A DNA stretch of 64,000 nt from contig NC_042999.1 in the NCBI RefSeq assembly GCF_006345805.1, positions 22,568,001 through 22,632,000 of the forward strand. Reading direction: 5' to 3'. Below the pieces are notes generated by a model. It was not told the DNA's origin, did no database searches, and saw only the letters and a list, made by a program, of their open reading frames with translations. A program made the position numbers and the translations under genes. This document shows positions 60,640 through 64,000 of the stretch, piece after piece. Numbering within the stretch: the stretch's first letter is position 1; every line of letters starts with the position of its first letter. Origin of the DNA: Octopus sinensis. Its lineage: Eukaryota.

Positions 60640-60785
60640 ATCTTGAATGGATGCTTTCTGAAGTTGGTGCAGTTAAAACTACATTAGAATGTTGTCCTAA
60701 AAAAGAAGGAATAAGAGATGTAATGGACATGGCTGTTAAGAGTAGCAGAATCACTGACGACAGTGATGACGAAGACGATTGGTAA
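60640..60785 (+). CDS. PDCL3: PDCL3 exon 6 (last; DLEWMLSEVGAVKTTLE...DDSDDEDDW*)
   Basis: TCTTTCCAG acceptor, phase 1, TAA at 60783-60785. The six exons sum to 729 nt (242 aa). Confidence 0.95.
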
Positions 60786-61125
60786 GATTTCTTGTCACCA
60801 AGTGAACAAATACAGTCTAGAACATCTGAACATCAACACCTACAGGCTCTGTATCCTATTCCAAGCTGAAAGATCCTGTTGCTCTCATTTTGGGACTTAA
60901 CCATTTACCAGAATTTCCCTACAGTTCAACAACCTTCATTTACTCTTTGCTTCAGTTGAGATCGCATATCTCCTTTGACCAAGACTAGCGGATTCTATTT
61001 GACTCAGTCTGTGTACCGAGGAAAACTAGTAACATTCTCACCTGTTGACTGAGTGCTTGACATTTATAAAGAATATCCGAACAGTAATACTAAAAATTAT
61101 TTTTTTGAGATATAATATATAAAAC

Positions 61126-61131
61126 AATAAA
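61126..61131 (+). promoter_or_regulatory. Candidate PDCL3 polyadenylation signal
   Basis: AATAAA 340 nt after the stop. Confidence 0.45.
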
Positions 61132-61164
61132 AGTTCATATTAGTACAAAAACATTAATTTATTT

Positions 61165-61402
61165 CCTGTATGGGAATTACACCACCACTGTTTAGCCCTA
61201 GGAAGCATCGAACGCTTCCTGTCGGCTTTGACACATTTCTTGTGTCCTTATATTTGTGAAGGGGAGGCAAGCACCCCCACCAGCCAAGGGGGTGCTTACC
61301 TCGTCTTCACAAATATAAGGACACAAGAAATGTGTCAAAGTTGACAGGAAGTGTGCGATGCTTCCTAGGGCCAAACAGCGGTGGTGTAATTCCCTTTACG
61401 GG
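61165..61402. repeat. Near-perfect 114-bp-arm hairpin with a 9-nt loop
   Basis: Arms 61165-61278 and 61288-61402 are reverse complements with scattered mismatches. Confidence 0.92.
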
Positions 61403-61864
61403 ACTGTCACGTTAAGTTGACAGTATACAACCATTCTATCGCTCCACCACCGTACATATCTCTATGAGATATTTAGAAATTTAATATTTATGATTAATTT
61501 ATTTATTTAAGGTAAATCACAGTAGTTACTGGGTTGCTGTTTCAAACTCTGCTGTCAGAGCTATTGTGACCACGCTTCAAAGCAAGGTACCGCATAACTC
61601 TGCCTAACTGGTCATGAACCCTTACTTCGCTCAATGCTCTACTGGTGCATAGTTAACATTATAAGAACAACCTGTTACAAAAGTAAAGTGGTCGCACCAT
61701 ACTATGCTAGCATTTAAAAAAAAGAAAAATATGAACAAAATTTAATTTATGCTGACAAAAAAGACAATTAATATGAAACCAAATATGAGTCAAAATGTCT
61801 TAATGATAACTTGGAAAAATTGAGATAAAATATTACCAAGAAAAAAATGTGCTTTTTGTTTTAT

Positions 61865-62590
61865 TTCCTCTGCCTTAGCGAAGGTGGAGGTATTGTTTTT
61901 AGTTGTGTTTGTTTGTCCATGGACAAGATATTTCAAGAACCGCTGGATGGATTCGGATGAAACTTTCAGAGATGTTTGGTCTTGTGACTGGCATGAACTG
62001 ATTAGATTTTGGAATTGATCTGGTAATGGACAAGGATTCCAGATTATTTTTCTTGTTCTTTTACTTATTTTTTGAGAGCGGTTGGGTTCATTTGTAGTAT
62101 TCTCGTTTATGAGTGCAGTCTAGTTTATTTCAGATATTCTCATTTTAAAAATCATCTCTGACTAATCGTTGTGAGGACATTGGTGTTGCCTTGGCAGAGG
62201 TTTGCACGCTCTGAGTGCTCTTGTTATTACCTCTGCCTTAACGAAGATGGAAGCATTGTTTTCAGTCATGTTTGTTTATTTGTCTGTGGACAAGATATCT
62301 CAAGAACCACTGGATGAATTCAGATAAAACTTTCAGGAATGTTTGGCCTCATGACTAGCACAAACTGATTATATTTTGGGATTGATCCAGTACTGAACAA
62401 GGATTCTGGATTATTTTTTCTGTTTCTTTACTTAATTTTTGAGAGCGGTTGGGTTCATTTTTAGTATTCTCGTTTGTGAGAGCAGTTGAGTTTATTTCAG
62501 ATATTCTCATTTTAAAAACCATCCTTGGCTAATCGTTAAGAGGACATTGGTGTTACCTTGGTGGAAGTTTGTACTCTCTGAGTGCTCTTA
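61865..62590 (+). mobile_element. Tandem dimer of the Helentron/HINE-like element
   Basis: Two ~362-bp units (second starts ~62227), both homologous to 7771-8148. Confidence 0.75.
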
Positions 62591-63012
62591 TTATTATTAT
62601 TATTATTATTGAGGTGGCAAGCTGACAGAATCATTAGCACGCTTGGCAAAATGCTTAGTGGCTTTTCATCCTTATCTGTGTTCTGAGTTCAAATGCTACT
62701 GGGGTCAACTTTGCTTTTCATCCTTTCAAGGTCTATAAAATAAGTACCAGTTGAATACTGGGGTCAATCTAATCGACTTATCCTCTCCCCAGAAATTGCT
62801 GGCCTTGAACCAAAATTTGAAACCATTACCCTTATTATTGTCGCCATATTGTGAAGTAACGGAAACTTGGAGCTCCAAAAGTTGTAAGAATATTTTCAAT
62901 CTTTCTGGTCTGTTAATGGCCACGTTCATTCTCACCGGCTGTTTTACAAGGGGTGCATATCAATATTTTTGAACTATGAGGAAAAAGCAAATATTTCAAT
63001 ATTTTCCAAATA

Positions 63013-63660
63013 TTTTAAAGTTTACCGTTTCTTTCAGTGCCATCTTCGTTGTTTATTCCATTATCCCTCAAAATATTGCCCCCTCGTATCATATATCATA
63101 CCGTATTTATTATTTATTTTCATTCTCTCTCTGGCTCTCTTTCATTTATCTAATTATTTTCCCCTAAATATAATATTCAAACTAGTTGCCTCTATGTTCT
63201 CTCTCTCGCTCTCTCTCCCCTCGTATTCCTGCCCCCCCCTCCACACACACACAAATCCCTAATTCCCTTATAAGCCTGTGGACGATCGTCTCTCTCTCTC
63301 ATTCACTCGCTTTGCCTCCAGAGAAAACACGGATTTTCAAAATGGCCAGCTAAGACTTTAAACTTCAACTGCTACTTTCATATTTTTAAGCGTTTGTTTA
63401 GATACCTTGATCTGTTCCCCTTTCGTTTCCCTTCGCTAAAACATGGCGTCTTCATGCATTCTTTTAAAGTTTACCGTTTCTTTCAGTGCCATCTTCGTTG
63501 TTTATTCCATTATCCCTCAAAATATTGCCCCCTCGTATCATATATCATACCGTATTTATTATTTATTTTCATTCTCTCTCTGGCTCTCTTTCATTTATCT
63601 AATTATTTTCCCCTAAATATAATATTCAAACTAGTTGCCTCTACGTTCTCTCTCTCTCTC
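63013..63660. repeat. ~195-bp near-identical direct repeat (63013-63207 and 63462-63660)
   Basis: Copies read identical except one T/C near the 3' end (CTATGTT vs CTACGTT). Confidence 0.9.
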
Positions 63661-63739
63661 TCTTGCCCTCCCACCCCCTCCACCAATACCGGAAGTTGTA
63701 CCCCTGTCTTACTTAACTACCCCCCACCCCCACTAGCAC

Positions 63740-64000
63740 CTATGTAGGGTTTATCTGATCATATAGCGCAAAAAATTGTGAAATGTATGCAGGTTGTAGT
63801 CTAGTGTTTCCATATGAAATCTGCCAAATGCAAGCTTTCTTTTCAGGTACATGACACGGCTGCCCCTCATCCCAGGGTCTCAGATGCCCACACCTCCCAC
63901 ACCCTCAGAGTTGGCACACTCAATGTTGGCACATTGAAATGTAGGTCTGGAGAGATTGTAGAGCTGCTTGAACGGAGACGTGTGGATGTATGTTGTATCC
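63740..64000 (+). mobile_element. 5' end of an RTE LINE (start of the APE endonuclease), runs off the window
   Basis: The final ~105 nt translate HTLRVGTLNVGTLKCRSGEIVELLERRRVDVCCI, the N-terminal APE motif of RTE ORFs. Confidence 0.8.

Overview
This is AT-rich, repeat-dense animal genomic DNA, not prokaryotic. The SINE/RTE repeat repertoire and microsatellite load suggest an octopus or other coleoid cephalopod; this is an inference from recalled repeat families and was not searched. Three spliced genes were reconstructed by hand, all with GT-AG junctions and matching intron phases. (1) On +, the 3' part of an atypical ionotropic glutamate receptor: exons 2355-2384, 8186-8383, 11164-11518 and 13780-14528, 443 aa, N-terminus not found. 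It keeps the glutamate-binding residues but has Trp at the Q/R site and a rewritten M3 gate (TYTASLTNYL instead of SYTANLAAFL). (2) On -, a complete NUP42/NUPL2 nucleoporin gene: 8 exons, 44212 to 16965, 456 aa. (3) On +, a complete PDCL3 gene: 6 exons, 44574-60785, 242 aa, head-to-head with NUP42 across 361 bp. Much of the intronic and intergenic sequence is four tRNA-headed SINE-like families, RTE LINE pieces, Tc1/mariner and MITE elements, Helentron-like elements and microsatellites. Most ORFs in the supplied track are repeat artefacts. The most notable signals are: the divergent iGluR pore and gate; a fold-back pair of tRNA-headed elements each carrying a hammerhead-ribozyme-like core (51844-52261), with a second hammerhead-like motif at 41233; a 2.4-kb satellite built from an RTE 3' UTR; and several long hairpins that could be ADAR substrates. 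Repeat boundaries are approximate. Labels A-D for SINE families are my own working names.
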